Shown piece by piece: positions 63,490 to 64,000 of a stretch of DNA of 64,000 nucleotides. Position numbers and translations under genes: made by a program. The number at the start of each line of letters is the position of its first letter. The first letter of the stretch is position 1. Below the pieces are notes generated by a model, which made no database searches, was not told the DNA's origin, and was given only the letters and a program-made list of their open reading frames with translations. Source of the stretch: Podarcis bocagei (lineage: Eukaryota); NCBI GenBank assembly GCA_964188305.1, contig OZ076894.1. The stretch is one strand, 5' to 3'.

Positions 63490-64000
63490 TTTGGGAATTG
63501 ATGTCTAATGAACTGAAAAAAATGTTTAAAACTACTTCCCCCCCCCCCAAAAAAAGAACAACCCAGAGTCCTTTTTGTTGGGGATAACCCAGACTGAAAT
63601 TCCTAGGTGTCAAAAAAGGTTATTTTTGTATGCAACAACTGCGGCCCATGTTTTGTAAGCCCAAAAATAGAAAGGGAGTGAGGTCCCAACTAAAGAAGAT
63701 TGGCAACTTAAGTTGGCAGAACTTGCAGACTTAACATATAGAATCAGAGAGCAAGAAGAACATACTTTTAAAGAAGACTAGAAAACATTTATTGACTATA
63801 TGGAAAATAACTGCATACAGCTGATGAAAACACTGGCCGCATTAAGATAAATTCAACAGAGTAAATAATTTTTCATGGATGTAAAAGTGGAAAACTAATT
63901 TGAATGGTTATAGTAAAATACACAGGGATGTATGATATGTAAAATGAACCATAGAAAGAGAAGAAGGGAAGTCACTGGATATTTGTAAAATGTTTATTTG
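63490..64000 (+). mobile_element. Decayed L1-clade 3' fragment
   Basis: PESFLLGI, FLYATTAA, PTKEDWQLKL peptides homologous to 10845-11114. Confidence 0.75.

Overview
Repeat-dense vertebrate genomic DNA. The repeat content (Sauria SINE, BovB, L2, CR1, L1, pogo/Tigger-like and hAT MITEs) points to a squamate, most likely a lacertid lizard. I found no host protein-coding exon I can support, so the window looks intronic or intergenic. The centrepiece is a full-length, apparently intact ~6.8 kb non-LTR retrotransposon (28801-35606, RTE-X-like, 9-bp TSD) inserted into a Tc1/pogo MITE. Its 675-aa ORF1 and its APE-RT-zinc finger ORF2 are in the same frame, separated only by one TGA followed by CAA. 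ORF2 has no ATG before the first APE catalytic motif, which suggests stop-codon readthrough or AUG-independent reinitiation. Second, several TG...CA solo-LTR-like elements from at least two families carry short acidic, Pro-rich ORFs that start about 5 nt inside the terminus and end in a PxSP...RAE...RRS(A/L)RL basic module resembling the HMGN nucleosome-binding core. Two of these copies are flanked by 130-200 bp direct duplications instead of short TSDs. Family assignments come from motif recognition by eye, not database searches.
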